Source of the DNA: Mobula birostris
Lineage: Eukaryota
Direction of reading: 5' to 3'
Assembly: GCF_030028105.1 (NCBI RefSeq)
Contig: NC_092390.1
Span: 46,296,777-46,360,776, forward strand
DNA: 64,000 bases
Part shown: one piece after another, positions 37,504 through 50,314 of the stretch
Position numbering within the stretch: position 1 is the first letter of the stretch
Layout: each line of letters opens with the position of its first letter
Position numbers and translations under genes: made by a program
The notes under the pieces: model-generated
Seen by the model: the letters and a program-made list of their open reading frames with translations, nothing else
What the model was told of the DNA's origin: nothing
Databases searched by the model: none

Positions 37504-40500
37504 AGTGATCTTGTGCTGGTTGGTTCAAGAACCAAATGATTGAAGGACCATAAATATTTTTGAACCCGGTGATGTCGGACCTCAGGTTTTGTACATCATT
37601 GTACCCTTTGAGTGATGTTGCAACAGCAAAACTTTGTTCTCAATGTCAGGAAAACCAAGGAACTGATTGTAGACTTCAGGAATTGGAATTCAGGTAAAAA
37701 TACTCCTCACTGTAAGGCCTTCAGTGGAAAGGATGGGCACCAAGGTCCTTGGGGGTCAACATCTAGGTGGATCTACCCTGAGCTCAGCATGTAGATACAA
37801 CCATGAAGAAGGTGCACCAGTATCTTCATTTTCTTTAGGATTTATGGAGATTCAGCATGTCATTGAAGACTTCAAGCTTCTACAGATGTGCAATAAAAAG
37901 CATTCTAGCTGGATTTATGATGGCCTTGTATGGAAACTCTAAAGCACAGGAAGCATCTTCTATTGTGGTACAGTTCTCCCCACTATCAAGGACTTTTAGA
38001 TTAGATTAGGTTAAGGTGACATCCAACATTGACGTTCCCCACCAGCCCTGCTATACATTCTTCTCAGTGCTGTCATCAGTTAGGAGGTACCAGAACCTGA
38101 AGACCTATCCCTAAAGCTTCAACAACAGTTTCTGCCTCTTCACCTGAAACAATTTGAAAAAAAAACATAAGACCAACTGAGACTGTATTGTTTTTTTTTT
38201 CTTTCTCAACCTGCACTGTCTTTATGTCTATTTTGTTTATTTTGTCCTGAAAATTATGTATATTTTATGTTAATTTCAGCTTATATTAACTTATGTTTAT
38301 GATGTTTGCAAAGAACTGTACCACTGCTCCAAAGAGCTAATTTAAATGGCATTTGCACCCTGGGTATGCATGTCCATGATAATAAACCTGATAACAATGA
38401 ACTTGAACTTTTATTATTGTTCTACCGATTAGTCTCTATCCAATCAAACACACCATGTGAAGTTCTAATTCTCATCTTCTTTCTTAGCAGATGAGACTTG
38501 TTGTGACAACTATAATTAGTTATGTTGGACTGGAGAAGTGTCTGCAGTCAGTGTCAGTGATATAGAGGCACCTGGGTGGATTTGTATCCTGATGGGAAAA
38601 TCTAGCAGTACTTGAATCTAACCAGAAGAATCAACAATGAAAAATGAATTGTAGACTAAATTTGAAAGTGTATTCAGTAGAAAAGCAAGTTTTCATTACT
38701 AGCTAATATAATATTGGAAATTACATATACTCTATATATTATAATATATTTTAATCATTGTTTCAATTATATTGATATTAATATTACTGTTTCAATTTCT
38801 CAGGGTTATAATAAAGAGCATATCATAAGTTTAAATAAAAATAATAGTACCAATGCATTGTGATATAAATCAAATGCAATTTGATGTGGGACCCCTCTTC
38901 CTGCATTAAATTGCAGTACCAAGACACTGCACATAATAGGGTGACCTTTTTAAGATATTTACAGAATGCTATTAATAAAAGTGCCTATAAGTTTCTCCAA
39001 TATACTTTTGGATGCAGAATGTCAATGCCATATCTTAAAAAATGTCAGTGTCAAAGTTAGCTTTTTTTTCCTCCCCATTTTTGTCATGTGACTCTTCAGT
39101 TCGCTGACTCCGTCTCCTGCATTTTGAAGATGTAAAAAATGTAATTTTATAACCCACAGTATATATCAAAACCGTGCTGCATTCCCACAAGGTTATCTGA
39201 TGAATGTCATTCCAATCCTTCACAATAAATTCTCCATGGGGAAAAAAGTGAAGAATACAAAGAAATTGTGAACTATAGTAAGAAATATTCATAAAAAGGA
39301 AGGGATGAAAATGTGCATAATTACTTGTAAAATAAAGGAGGAAGAGTTGCAATGACCAGAATCCATCAATATCCAAAATCTACTGGTATTGCTGTGTGCA
39401 ATGGGAATATTGTTAATTCAGCACAACTTGACAAGACTGTTGATCTTAAGTTGAATGTCTGGGAGCAGAGGAGATTTTGAAGGTGGAATTTGGCAGCATT
39501 TTTCTGCAGAGAATGGGAACTGTGAGCCTTGGGAATGAAGACCAGAGCACGTCAACGACAGAGCCCACGCACGTAGAAGTGACACAGCTTTGGTCCAGGA
39601 TATCCAGAGGAGGGAGTACAACTTGTGTAGCCAGAAAATTATTTTTTGATTGTCAGGTTTTCTGCTTGTTGCTGCTTAGTCATTGCCTCCTTTGCACTGG
39701 GCACTTTTTATCACAGAGACAAATTCCAGAAGCAAAATTTCTAATTAGCTGTTTTTTTTATTCTGTTCTTATACACTGCATATGATTGCCTGGGACTGGC
39801 AGGTTAGTGACTGGATTTTGATTTTAATTGAATTTTCAGCACATTCATAATTGATACTTTTAATACGTAACTCAATCAGAGCAAAGCCAGCAAAACTCAG
39901 GAAGGCCTGTCACCAAGTACAGTAATTCATTCACACTATGGGCCAGAGTTAAGGAATCAGTCCAATTTGCATATTTTTCAATACTGCTCGCCCTAGAATA
40001 TTGTACATCTGGGTTTCCATATTGTATGATTACGTAAATTGGGATACTGGCTATGTTAATTTAGACCTGGAACTCAGTAGACTTTGTGATACAAATAAGT
40101 GCTGTTACACACATTAAGGATTTTGAGGGCAAAGTTTTTAAAAATTCACACATTCGGCATCAATATTTAAATATTTTAAATCCAAAGAGGTAAAATTTAA
40201 TTTGGCATGGCATCAAATCCATTTGTACAGTTCCTTTTAATTAAAAATGCAACCATTGCTATCAAAATTTAGAGAAGAGCCTTCATCTTCCATTCCTTTG
40301 AGAACCCGAGTCTAAAAAATTATGGTAATGTCATACTGCCTAACAGCCTTTTCCAAGAGAGTCCGTTTTCATGGGAAAACAGGGTAGCTAGCCAATCAAG
40401 GTGTATTTAAGTAGTCAATAATCAAAGCCTATATATTATCATCCAAGTGCTATGGCTCTCAGTTACAAGAGTTTTTGGGAGAATCTGTTCCATCTGGTTT

Positions 40501-41032
40501 AAGCCCTGTTTTGTTATTTTCGTTCTGTTGGCTAAAATTCTGGCTTTCTGTCCTGCATAATGGGCTACCAATGATGAAGGAACAGCAGTAATCCTCTAGA
40601 TCAGCTGTGAGCTGCAATTAGAAAGCAGTTAAGTACCTGAAATAGCAGTGAGAAGGCAAAGACAGCTGGTTAATCGCCAAATTGCTGCAGGATTGTGCAT
40701 TATTAAGTGAGAGTAAACAGTTTGTTAGGTCAGATGCTGCAAACCCTTCTATAAAGACTTGAGAAGAACAAAAACACAATTTAAGGGTCTGATGGTTACT
40801 GCTCCCCGAGAAGCACATGGTGTACCAGGCAAGTACACAACATCAATCAATATCCCACAGTATCCACAGTCTGTTTGAATGCAGCGTAACATGTAAGACC
40901 CAACCCAGGGAGGTTCCAGCCAACCAGAATCCCAGGAGACTGCTTTTAAAGCCCATCAGATTACTCCTCATACACACAGTCCTTATGTTACATTTTACGT
41001 GAGGGGTGTAATTAAAAAGGAACTTTTTTTAA

Positions 41033-41349
41033 GAGGACGTTGGTGACAAGACCAGCCCATTTCTTGAACTGAAAGATTTAATAGGGCAGCTAACTTGCAA
41101 TCACATGTATGCCAAGCTAGGTAATGTTTACAGACTTTTTTTCCTCTAAAAGGTATTAGTGAACCAGATGGTCTTTATAACAATCTGGTGCTTTCATGGC
41201 CACCATCACTGATTCTAGCTTTTATTCCAAAGTCATTATTTCAGCTGAATTTAAATTCCCTAGCTTCCAATGGTGTGATATAAACTGATAAATCCAGATC
41301 ACTAGCCAAACGACACGGCTACAATAATCAACACACTACAACATCCCCT
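41033..41349 (-). mobile_element. Old tRNA-derived chondrichthyan SINE
   Basis: tcacatgtatgccaa...attagtgaaccagatggtctttataacaatc...ttcatggccaccatcactga...gaatttaaattccc. Confidence 0.65.
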
Positions 41350-41689
41350 GTAGTAGGCTAAGTGTCAGACGTCTATTCTAAGGAACAAATATTGATGTCT
41401 ACCTCAAGACTGACACTATGTGTCACATTTCTCACAATATGTTAAAGAGGGATTACAATTATGAGCTGCAGCTTTTTTTTATTCATTAGTTAAAATGCTG
41501 AAAAAATTCAGGATAAAATAACAATCCTGAGCTTCCTATAAGACTCGAGCACTAAGCAACCTTACCCAAATACTGATACAGCTGTTAGTTATCCTTGGGA
41601 CTTTCACTTTCTTATTCCACTTGGTTGCAATATTCTGTGATGTGCACTCCAAGGCCTCTTTCCAGAACACACTGAATGAAAAGAAATTT

Positions 41690-41906
41690 CTTTGCTTGGC
41701 AGATGGTGAATCTTTGTAATGTTCCGATCTGGAGCACTGTGCGGGTTTACGTTTAGGACAGTCAGTGGATTTCTGCATACTTGGAGAATCAAGAGGTTTG
41801 GGGATAAAGCAGTAAAATAGTGTTTGCGGGAACATCAGAAACTTGTTGAATAATGCAGGAGATTCAACAGGCTGAATGGCCTACTAAAGATCTTACTTTC
41901 TTATGT
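41690..41906 (+). mobile_element. Old CR1 3' end
   Basis: ggtgaatctttgtaat...aatcaagaggtttggggataaagcag...ggctgaatggcctact...tttcttatgt. Confidence 0.6.
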
Positions 41907-42005
41907 AACACACACAAAATGCTGCAGGAATTCAGCAGGTCAGGCAGCAACAATGGAAATGAATAAACAGTTGACGTTTTGGGCCGTGACCCTTCATCAG
42001 GACTG
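41907..42005 (-). ncRNA. Solo Penelope terminus carrying a minimal hammerhead motif
   Basis: Minus strand: CAGTC-CTGATGA-AGGGTCACGGCCC-AAAAC-GTC-AACTG; intact CUGAUGA, stem II and GUC triplet, but GAAA is mutated to AAAA (CpG decay). Confidence 0.75.
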
Positions 42006-43639
42006 ATAATACAGTATATACTATGAGCTCTGACAGTGGAAACTATAACCTTCAGTTTTGCTGTGAGTCTGTTCCTGGTCAGTACAGGGAGATGAAGTAC
42101 ACAATGCAATTCCAATTGCATTTTTATCAATTCTCATTTTAGCCTCAGCTTCAGTAAATTGTCATTTTGCTTTGTTCCATGGCTGGCACATTGTGGGAAG
42201 ACCTTTAATATTTATTCTTCTATGCATCTTTCTGTTCAAATAAGAGTGGCAGAAAATGTATGTAAAACTGAGGCATTTTGTGAGGATTGGAGATTCCTTC
42301 ATATATTTGTGTTAGTAATTGTACACTATGAGATGTGTTTACGATTCTATGTTGAGGGTAATGGCTCTTGAAGACTACTGACAATTTATGTATGCATTGG
42401 CAGGTTAAACATTTCCTTCTTGCATTGCTTATTTGCCAGCTTACTCCAACCATCTTCCACATAAAGATAACGTGAAATGCTGGGATTATGGACATCAGTG
42501 CAATATGCAGCATTGCTTTGGCGGTCAGTGTTAAACACAATATAATCACCTGTCTTATTTATTAATGCATTTGAAAAATATCTTGATACATCACTGGATA
42601 GAAAACTAATTGACACTAGGGATATCTTCATTGCTGAAAGAAACCTAATTTATAATAGCTGAGAGCCGTATCTTCTCAGACTGCCGTAGTGGCATATGGA
42701 TGTTAATGGTTGAGTAAAGTTCTTTTGCAAGTGCAGCAATGCAATGCTTCACAGCTGAACTCTAGATACATGTCTATTGTCAATAACAAATAGCTGTGTT
42801 TGGCAGAATAGTTACTGTACAGCAAGCAGTTTGGCAAGACTTGATATCATAGCATGTGCCATTTGGCACCATGAATGGTCACTTCCTCTTGCTGTACCTC
42901 CTCTGCCAAAATAAATTCAAGCTGGGAAGAAACTAAAGGCAATCGCTGTTGTGTAAAAGTCCTTCAAAATGGGGAATAATGCATGACTTGCTCTCTTTAA
43001 ATGGAAACTCTAACTTTCTCATGGTGATTTTTTTCCTTCACCCTTGCCTATTTTGAGTAGCATTTATGAATCTCATCAGAAATAGTTTACTGCAGCATTA
43101 TGATTATAATCACACCTAAATAGAATTTAAAAATTTGATTATGTCAAACTGCTTTTTTGCAGTTCAGTAGGATCCAAATTCAATTTTACCTGCGGAAAGT
43201 TACATCAACACTTACATCAGACATGGCAATCATGGAATTGGACTGGATGCTTCTGATCACAATCCACGCTGGTGTGTCTGGTGTTTCTCCAGTCCCAAAG
43301 GAACATTCAATGATGTCAATCATTATGCAACACATGTTTCAACCACACCAATAGAACTTAGAATCCAAAGATCTAAACACAAAGAACTGGAGGTACTCTA
43401 TTTTGCCTTCTTGCTTTCCTTATGATTTAAAGCTGATATTGAGTTACTTCAGTAGGTAAAATTAGAGCTGATGATAGGCACCTCCCAAAATCCACAGTGC
43501 CTGCTAAAGCTAGTAGGTAGTTCCTATTGTTTTCACTGACTGTTGGGCTACTTCTTTCTTTAGGTGACTCATCAGTGATACTGGTGGCAGCACTCATATA
43601 TTGGGATACATAGTGAAGGCCACCTAGCCACAACTGGAG

Positions 43640-43930
43640 ACACTGGGGCAGGAGGAACAGATACGCCCATTTGCAGAGTTGCTTTACAGACACCGCATTG
43701 TGCCTGCATATCTCTGAGGGATTTTTAGGCTCAGTTTCCCTTAGAGTCTGTAATCACCAAGAGATGCAACATTCCATAGGACAATCTTTGCTGTCTCATG
43801 CCTGGATTGCTCTCCCTTTGGAAATGAACGTCATGGTAACTCTCATCTTTCTGCCCATTCAAGAATTCCCTTCGTTTGCTGTTGGCTTCTGACCTCAGCA
43901 CAAACTATTCTTTTCTCAGAGAGGTTCTAC
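43640..43930 (+). mobile_element. Possible fossil PIF/Harbinger transposase, N-terminal part
   Basis: IALPLEMNVMVTLIFL resembles the HARBI1-type 'ALPV..KV..ALNF'; heavily decayed. Confidence 0.35.
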
Positions 43931-44111
43931 CCTCAAGTGTAAGATGTAGGCAGGAATTTGAATACTTTGGATTGCTATTTACCTCAGCACATGGAAGCTT
44001 ATTGTGGGTCTTTGCTAACAGAGAAGAACAACTCTAACATTTTTTAAATTTCATTGATGGAGATTTGACACCTCATCCACTATGAATGACAACATTGATG
44101 GTTTCTCAGCA

Positions 44112-46071
44112 AAGTTATTGGAAGGCGTTCTAAGAGACTGGGTATATGGGTATTTGGATAGATATGGACTGATCAGGGATAGTCAGCATGGCTTTGTCCA
44201 TGGAAAGTCGTGCCTAACCAATCTTATAGAGCTTTTTGAGAAAGTCACTAGGAAAGTTGATGAAGGCAAGGCAGTGGATATTGTCCATATGGGCATTAAC
44301 AAGGCCTTTGTCAAGGTCCTACATGGGAGGTTGGCCAAGAAGATTCAGTCGTTTGGCATTCAAGATGAGGTTGTAAAATTGGATTAGACATTGGCTTTGT
44401 GGGAGAAGCAAGAGAATGGTAGTAGATGTTTGCATCTTAGACTGGAGGCCTGAGACTAGTGGAGTGCTGCAGGGTTTGATCTTGGATCTATTGTTGTTTG
44501 TCATCTATGTCAATGATCTGGACGATAATGTGGTTAACTAGATCAGCAAATTTGTGGGTGACACCAAGAATGGGGGTGTAATGGACAGTGGGATCTTTTC
44601 TAGCTGGAAAAATGAGCTGAAAAATGGCAGATGGAATTTCATGTGGACAAGTGCAAGGTGTTGCAATTTGGTAAGACCAACCAGGGTAGGTCTTACACAG
44701 TGAATGGTACCGCACTATGGAAGTGCCGTAGAACAAAGGGATCAGGGAATACAGGTCTATAATTCATTGAAAGTAGCGTCACAGAAGGATTGTAAAGAAA
44801 TCTTTCAGCGCATTGGCCATCACAAATCAAAGTATTAAGTATAGGAGATGAGGTGTTATGTTGAAGTTGTGTAGGACATTGGTGAGGACTAATTTGGAGT
44901 ACTGTGTGCAGTATTGGTCACCTACCTGTAGGAAATATGTAAAGAAGGTTGGTGGCATCCATTAGTCTCGCGAGACCACGGATCTGCGCCTGGAAAGTCC
45001 TGCTTCAGTCTGTCACGGTGAAGCAACGCTGGAGTGTCCTCTCCAGGATTCAGACCTGGGCAAGGTTGTATGGAAGACCTGCAGTTGCCGATGCAGCCAG
45101 TCTCCCCTCTCCATGCAACTGATGTTGTCCAAGGGAAGGGCAAGGGCCGATACAGCTTGGTACCAGTGTCGTCACAGGAGTTGCCAGAATGAGGTTGAAC
45201 GCAACATCGGACTGCCTTAGGGACTCCAGCTCCGGATTTGTCCTCAGGGTTTACTCCCAAAGCCTTTCCCATGAGTGGGTATGGCTGCAAGGCAGTGGAG
45301 GTTTGAAATCAGAGTTTTTCCTCTCTTAGATGGACTGCCTTCCCAGGCTGACGAGCTCCATCTACCTGAAGCACTGGCTTTAAGGCACCAAGACCCACCT
45401 TCACCCCTTCTCCTGTCAGTAGAAACAGTTCTGCTGGGCTTAAAGTCTAAGCCACACAAGAAGGCCAGGAGTTGGACTTGGTTTTTCAGAGGATAGTTGA
45501 GGCGCATGCCATGAGGAGCACTTTTAGGTAGTGGGAGCTTGTCCCCACTACTACTCCTCGGCTTGACAACCTTGGAACCATTGAAAAAGTACAGAGAAAT
45601 TTTAGAAGGATGCTTCTGGGACTGGAGTCCTGATTTATAAGGAAATATTGAATAGGTTAGTATTTTGTTCCTTGGAATGTAGAAAATCAAGGAGAGACTT
45701 GATAAAGGTATACAAAATTATGAGGGATATAGATAGGGTGAATGCAAACAGGCTTTTTCCACTGAGGTTGGTTGGGACTACAACTGGAGGTCATTGGTTA
45801 AGTGTGAAAGGTTTAAAGTTTAAGGGGAACATGAGGTGAAACCTCTTCATGCAGAGGGTCATGAGGGTGAGGAATAAGCTTCCAGCACAAATGTTAGCAT
45901 GCAAGCTTGATTTCAATCCTTAAGAGAAATTTGGATTGGTACATGAATGGTAGAGATATAGAGAGCTATGGTCCGGGTGCAGGTTGATTGGACTAGGCAG
46001 TTTATATGGTTCGGAATGGACTAGATGGGCTGAAGGTCCTGTTTCTGTGATGTACTTTTCTATGACTCTAT
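44112..46071 (+). mobile_element. CR1 LINE (RT domain to 3' tail), split by an insertion at 44952-45580
   Basis: KLLEGVLRD...DSQHGFVHGKSCLTNLIELFEKVT...SGVLQGLILDLLLFVIYVNDLD...ISKFVGDTK; resumes after 45580 to a ctatgactcta tail. Confidence 0.93.
44952..45580 (-). mobile_element. Non-autonomous RTE-derived element
   Basis: Minus strand carries the RTE 5'UTR-type motif GGCAGTCCATCTAAGAGAGGAAAAACTCTGATTTCAAACC; no RT ORF; interrupts CR1 at aaggttg|...|ttgaaaa. Confidence 0.7.
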
Positions 46072-46084
46072 AATGTCAACTGAG

Positions 46085-46450
46085 CTGAGAGCAAAGTTGA
46101 AACACCATCGGTTTCTAGAAGTTATCTTCATTGGTGGAGAGGCATTGCATACACCAGCAAGTGTGGAGGCTTCATTGTGTTACATGGCGTATTACAATGC
46201 AAACAGAAGACAGCAAGCAGCTGCATTCTGAGGAACAATAACAAGGAGACCCAGAGTCTGAGGCCCATGAAGTAGATGCAGAAAACGAATGGAAGCAAGA
46301 AGGAGAGAAGGGTTGGTGAAAGCTCCCAGGAGATGTCCCTTCCAAATACCAGCAGCTTTATCCTCCAACAGTGGAAGAAGGATGCATTCTCTCTGTAGGC
46401 AATAAGGGATTCTCTTACAGAGAGAAGATTCTTCCAAACAGCCAGCAAAA
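46085..46450 (+). mobile_element. Possible fossil Harbinger transposase, C-terminal part
   Basis: Frameshifted RA.KVE.TIG..., SRSYLHWWRGIAYTSKCGGFIVLHGVLQ (cf. RFRCL..SGG.L.Y.P.K...IIV.CCVLHN), acidic stretch, then AIRDSL.ERRF. Confidence 0.35.
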
Positions 46451-47269
46451 ATCATAATCCTTAAGCAAGTAGAGTCATTCTCTTCACTCTTTAATTATTA
46501 CCATCGTACTGAAGCAATAAGTAGCCAGGAGAATCTAGATGATGCACAAAACTCCCTTGCATGCTGTTGTAGAGGTCCGCCTTCAATGGAAAGGACACAT
46601 CAATAAATGAACCCCTGCTCTGATTGTTACATTTAATTAGTTTGCAACAACATCTCCGTATTTCCAGATGAAATGCATCTCATTTAAAGATTTTGACCTC
46701 ACCGCAATGTGCATTTACCTCTGAGGAGGTAAATGTAAAAATTGGTCAAGAACTTGAATGTTTAAACATTGATGGGTCTTTACATCATCATAGCCAATGC
46801 AGCGGAGACCAACAAACATTGCAATACGTTGGTCAGATTGGCACGTAGAATAGATGTTTTATCTTACTTTGCTCCTCATAGAAGTCCCCTTCCTGATGTT
46901 ATCCTCATAAGTATTGTAAGATAAAAACAAGCAATGAGGAAGCACGCTGACACCAGAGCATAAGCCAAATTGTGAACATCCAATCAGTAATACCCAATGA
47001 TGTGCAGAGTGACATTGCAGCTATGGCGATAATCAAATAAATTCACAGTTGCATGCTCTACGGTAATGAGGCGATCATCTGTACTTGTGATTATCTCCCA
47101 TTCTCTTGCACGATCAAAGTTTTCATTCTGCACTTTAGTCAAAAGCATATTAGCAGAAGGAATTGTTGCAATGTCACCATAGCAGTGTGACTTATCACTA
47201 CACTCTGAATGGTGTCAGATACCCCTGAAAGAGAGTGCATTGGAACATTGATAGACTTTTCTCTAGCAT

Positions 47270-47566
47270 TGTGACGAAAGACCTCGGCAAGGATGGTTAG
47301 GACCCAAGTGCTGGAGTATCTGACATAATACAAGACTAAAATGAAAACAGGGTTCTAAACAAGACGCTAGATGAGAATCCGAAGTTGAGCTGATGATTGA
47401 GCACTGAACCTCAGTTCAGGTGCTCTTTAATCCTGGCGCCAAAATATGGCCAACAGTTAGCAGGCCGGGCCTCATTCTTTAAAGGGGCCATGCCAGCTAT
47501 CCACATTCCGGCGAGTTAGAGTGGTTAAATCTCGGAAGATGGTGCGTGTTGGTGCACATTGTAACA
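47270..47566. mobile_element. Possible solo LTR
   Basis: ~297 nt bounded by TGTGAC...GTAACA (TG..CA, imperfect TIR), CpG-richer than flanks; no TSD found. Confidence 0.35.
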
Positions 47567-47942
47567 AATACTCAGTTTTTGGAATCTGGAGATGACCAAA
47601 AGGCCCTAATACCCTTGAGAAGGTGGTAATGAATTAGCCCGTTGAACTTCTGCTGAAGATGTTGTTGAGCAAGTGGGTTCCAGAATTTAAACAATGAAGG
47701 TGTGCATGGATTTCTATCCAATCAGGATGCTGCATGACCTGGAGCACAATCTGCTGGCACTGATGCTCTTTGTTGATTACTGCCCCTGTGCTTAGTTGTA
47801 AAGGTTACTGGGTTTGGGAAGAGTATTGGAATAGCTGTGGTGAGCAACTGCAAACATCTGCAGATGATACATGCAATTGATACAATTGAAGGGTATTTGA
47901 GGCAATGAATAATTGGTGTTATTGATGGGTGCCAATAAAGTA

Positions 47943-48413
47943 TTAGATTAGATTAGATTATGAGGACACGCAGTCCTCTTTTATTGTCATTTAGTAATGC
48001 ATGCATTAAGAAATGATACAATGTTTTCCAGAATGATATCACAGAAACACAAGACAAACGGACTGAAAAACTGACAAAAACCACATAATTATAACATATA
48101 GTTACAACAGTGCAAAGCAACACTATAATTTGATAAAGAACAGACCATGGACATGGAAAAAAGTCTCAAAGTCTCTTGAAAATCCCATCATCTCATGCAG
48201 ACGGTAAACCTCCAGCACTGCAAACGTGCTGATGCAGCATCCTGGAAGCATCCGACCACAGTCTGACTTCGAGTCCGTCCGAAAACTCTGAGCCTCCGAC
48301 CAGCTCTCCGACACCGAGTACCAAGCACCATCTCTGCTGAGCCCCAGCCCCGGCAACAGGCAATAGGCAAAGCTGAGGATTTGGGGCCTTCCCCTCCAGA
48401 GATTCTCGATCGC
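47943..48413 (-). mobile_element. Young non-autonomous retroposon with Rex1-like tail
   Basis: (TAGAT)n tail plus tttattgtcat at the left end; CpG-rich body without an RT ORF. Confidence 0.65.
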
Positions 48414-48539
48414 CTCTTTGATGTTGAGCCTCTTGAGAACTGTTGTTGTTGTGTTCTTCCAGGCAGTGATTACTCCTGTTTTGGGCCCTATATATGATAT
48501 TGAGGTCTTGGGATCACCACAGCATACACATCTTCTGAC

Positions 48540-49132
48540 AGAAAGTGATAGATACAGCCCAGTCCATCATGGGTAATGTCCTCCCCACCATTGAGTACAT
48601 CCATATGAAGATTTGTCATGGAAAAGCAGCATCTATCATCAAGGACCCCCATCACCCAGGACATGCTCTCTTCTTGCTGCAGGTCTCAGGAGCCTCAGGA
48701 CTCACACCACCAGGTTCAGGAACATTTATTACCCCTCAACCATCAGGTTTTTGAACCAAAGGGGATAACCTCAATCAACTTTACTTGCTCCATCACTGGA
48801 CTGTTCCCTCAACCAATGGACTCATTTTCAAGAACTCTTCATCTCATGTTCTCGATATTTATTGCTTGGTTGGTTGCTTGCTTCCTTGCTTGTTTGTTTG
48901 TTTGTTTGTTTATTTATTTATTATTATTATTTCTTTCTTTTTGTAGTTGCACAATTTGTTGTATTTTTCACACTGGTTGAATGCCCAAGTCGGTGTGATC
49001 TGTCATTGATTCTATAATGGTTATTATTCTGTTGGGTATTTATTGGGCATGTCCTCACGAAAATGAATCTTAGGGTTGTATATGGTGACATATATGTACT
49101 TTGATAATACATTTACTTTGAGCTTTGAACTT
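48540..49132 (+). mobile_element. Rex1/Babar LINE, 3' end
   Basis: IDTAQSIMGNVLPTIEYIHMKICHGKAASIIKDPHHPGHALF; (TTTG)n in 3'UTR; tail tactttgagctttgaactt. Confidence 0.9.
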
Positions 49133-50314
49133 GTAGCCAGAGTATTTATTTGCCTATTCCAGCAGAGTTTCTGTGAACGGTAATTGTCCCCCACCTCCCC
49201 TAGGGTATTGATGGCAGAGGAGTTAGCAATGGTAATGAAACTGAATGGCAAGCTCAGCCTCTGTAATTCTGGAGATAGTCATTGACTAATACTTTTTGTG
49301 TTGCAAATGTCATCACTTATTGGCCCATATCTGAATATTGTCTTTGTCTTTCTGCATGCTTCTGCTGTTTACTTAATTTACTAAAGAGTTGTGAAAGGCA
49401 ATTGTTAATAAACGTCCCCCTTCTACCTTCTAACCTTATGATAGAAAGGGTTCACTTAGTCATGAAGAAGCAAAAGATGGCTGAACCTAGATTACTGCTC
49501 CAAGGAGCCATTTCAGTGATGTCCCAGGGATGGGATAATTAACCTCTAAAATACACAACAATTACTCTGCGAATGCAATAAGACTTCACCATTGGAGTGC
49601 ATTCTTTTGGATGCCCATAGACTTCAGTGTTTCCAAGGTACTCTGTTGTCACACTTGATTAAATGTTGCTTTGCTGTCTAAGGCAGTCATTTCCATCTCA
49701 TATCTTGAATTTATTCCTTTGGTCCATGTTGTCTGGAACCAAGTGGTCCTAGTAAAACCCAAACAGGGCATTGCTAAATAGATCACTGGCGAGTAATTAC
49801 CACATGATAACACTGTTGATAATGGCACCCATCACTTTGCTGATGATTGAGAGTAGACTGTAACAGTAATGAGCTGGATTGGATTTGTCCTGCTTTTTTA
49901 TGAATGAGAAGTACCTGGGCAATTTTCCACATTGTTGGGGAGATGCCAGTATTGTAATTGCACTGGAACAGCTTGGCTGGAGGCTCAGCTAGTTTTGGAG
50001 CACAGGTCTTCAATGCTACAGCTGGGATATTGTCTGGTTCTGTAGCCTTTTTTGAATCCAGTGATTTCAGCTATTTCCCAATAGAGTCAATCAAATCATT
50101 TGATACCATCCCAATGTTCAAAGTTCAAAATAAATTTAATATCAAAGTATGCATACGTCACCATATACCACCCTGCGATTTATTGTCTTTCAGACATTCT
50201 CAGTAGAACAGAGAAATACAGTAGAATCAATGAAAAACTACACACAAAGACTGACAACAACCAATATGCAAAAACAGAACAATACTGAGCATGAGTTGTA
50301 ATGTCCTTGAAAGT

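Larger units (their letters stand above)
36812..37600 (-). mobile_element. Nested antisense Rex1/Babar 3' fragment, itself interrupted at 37021-37503
   Basis: aaagtcaagttcattgt tail; ggttggttcaagaacc...tgaacccggtgatgtcggacctcagg is the reverse of the Rex1 C-terminus. Confidence 0.7.
36655..38410 (+). mobile_element. Rex1/Babar LINE (RT to 3' tail), interrupted at ~36812-37605
   Basis: INTGPLQGCVLSPL...YDCVAKHSSNTI...DVDKEAYR, resuming FVLNVRKTKELIVDFR at 37612; tail aataaacctg...gaacttgaactt. Confidence 0.85.

Noticed and set aside
39510-39656. Possible coding exon (ttttctgcag|AGAATG...cag|gttt)
   Set aside because: Weak donor and unrecognised peptide; no support.
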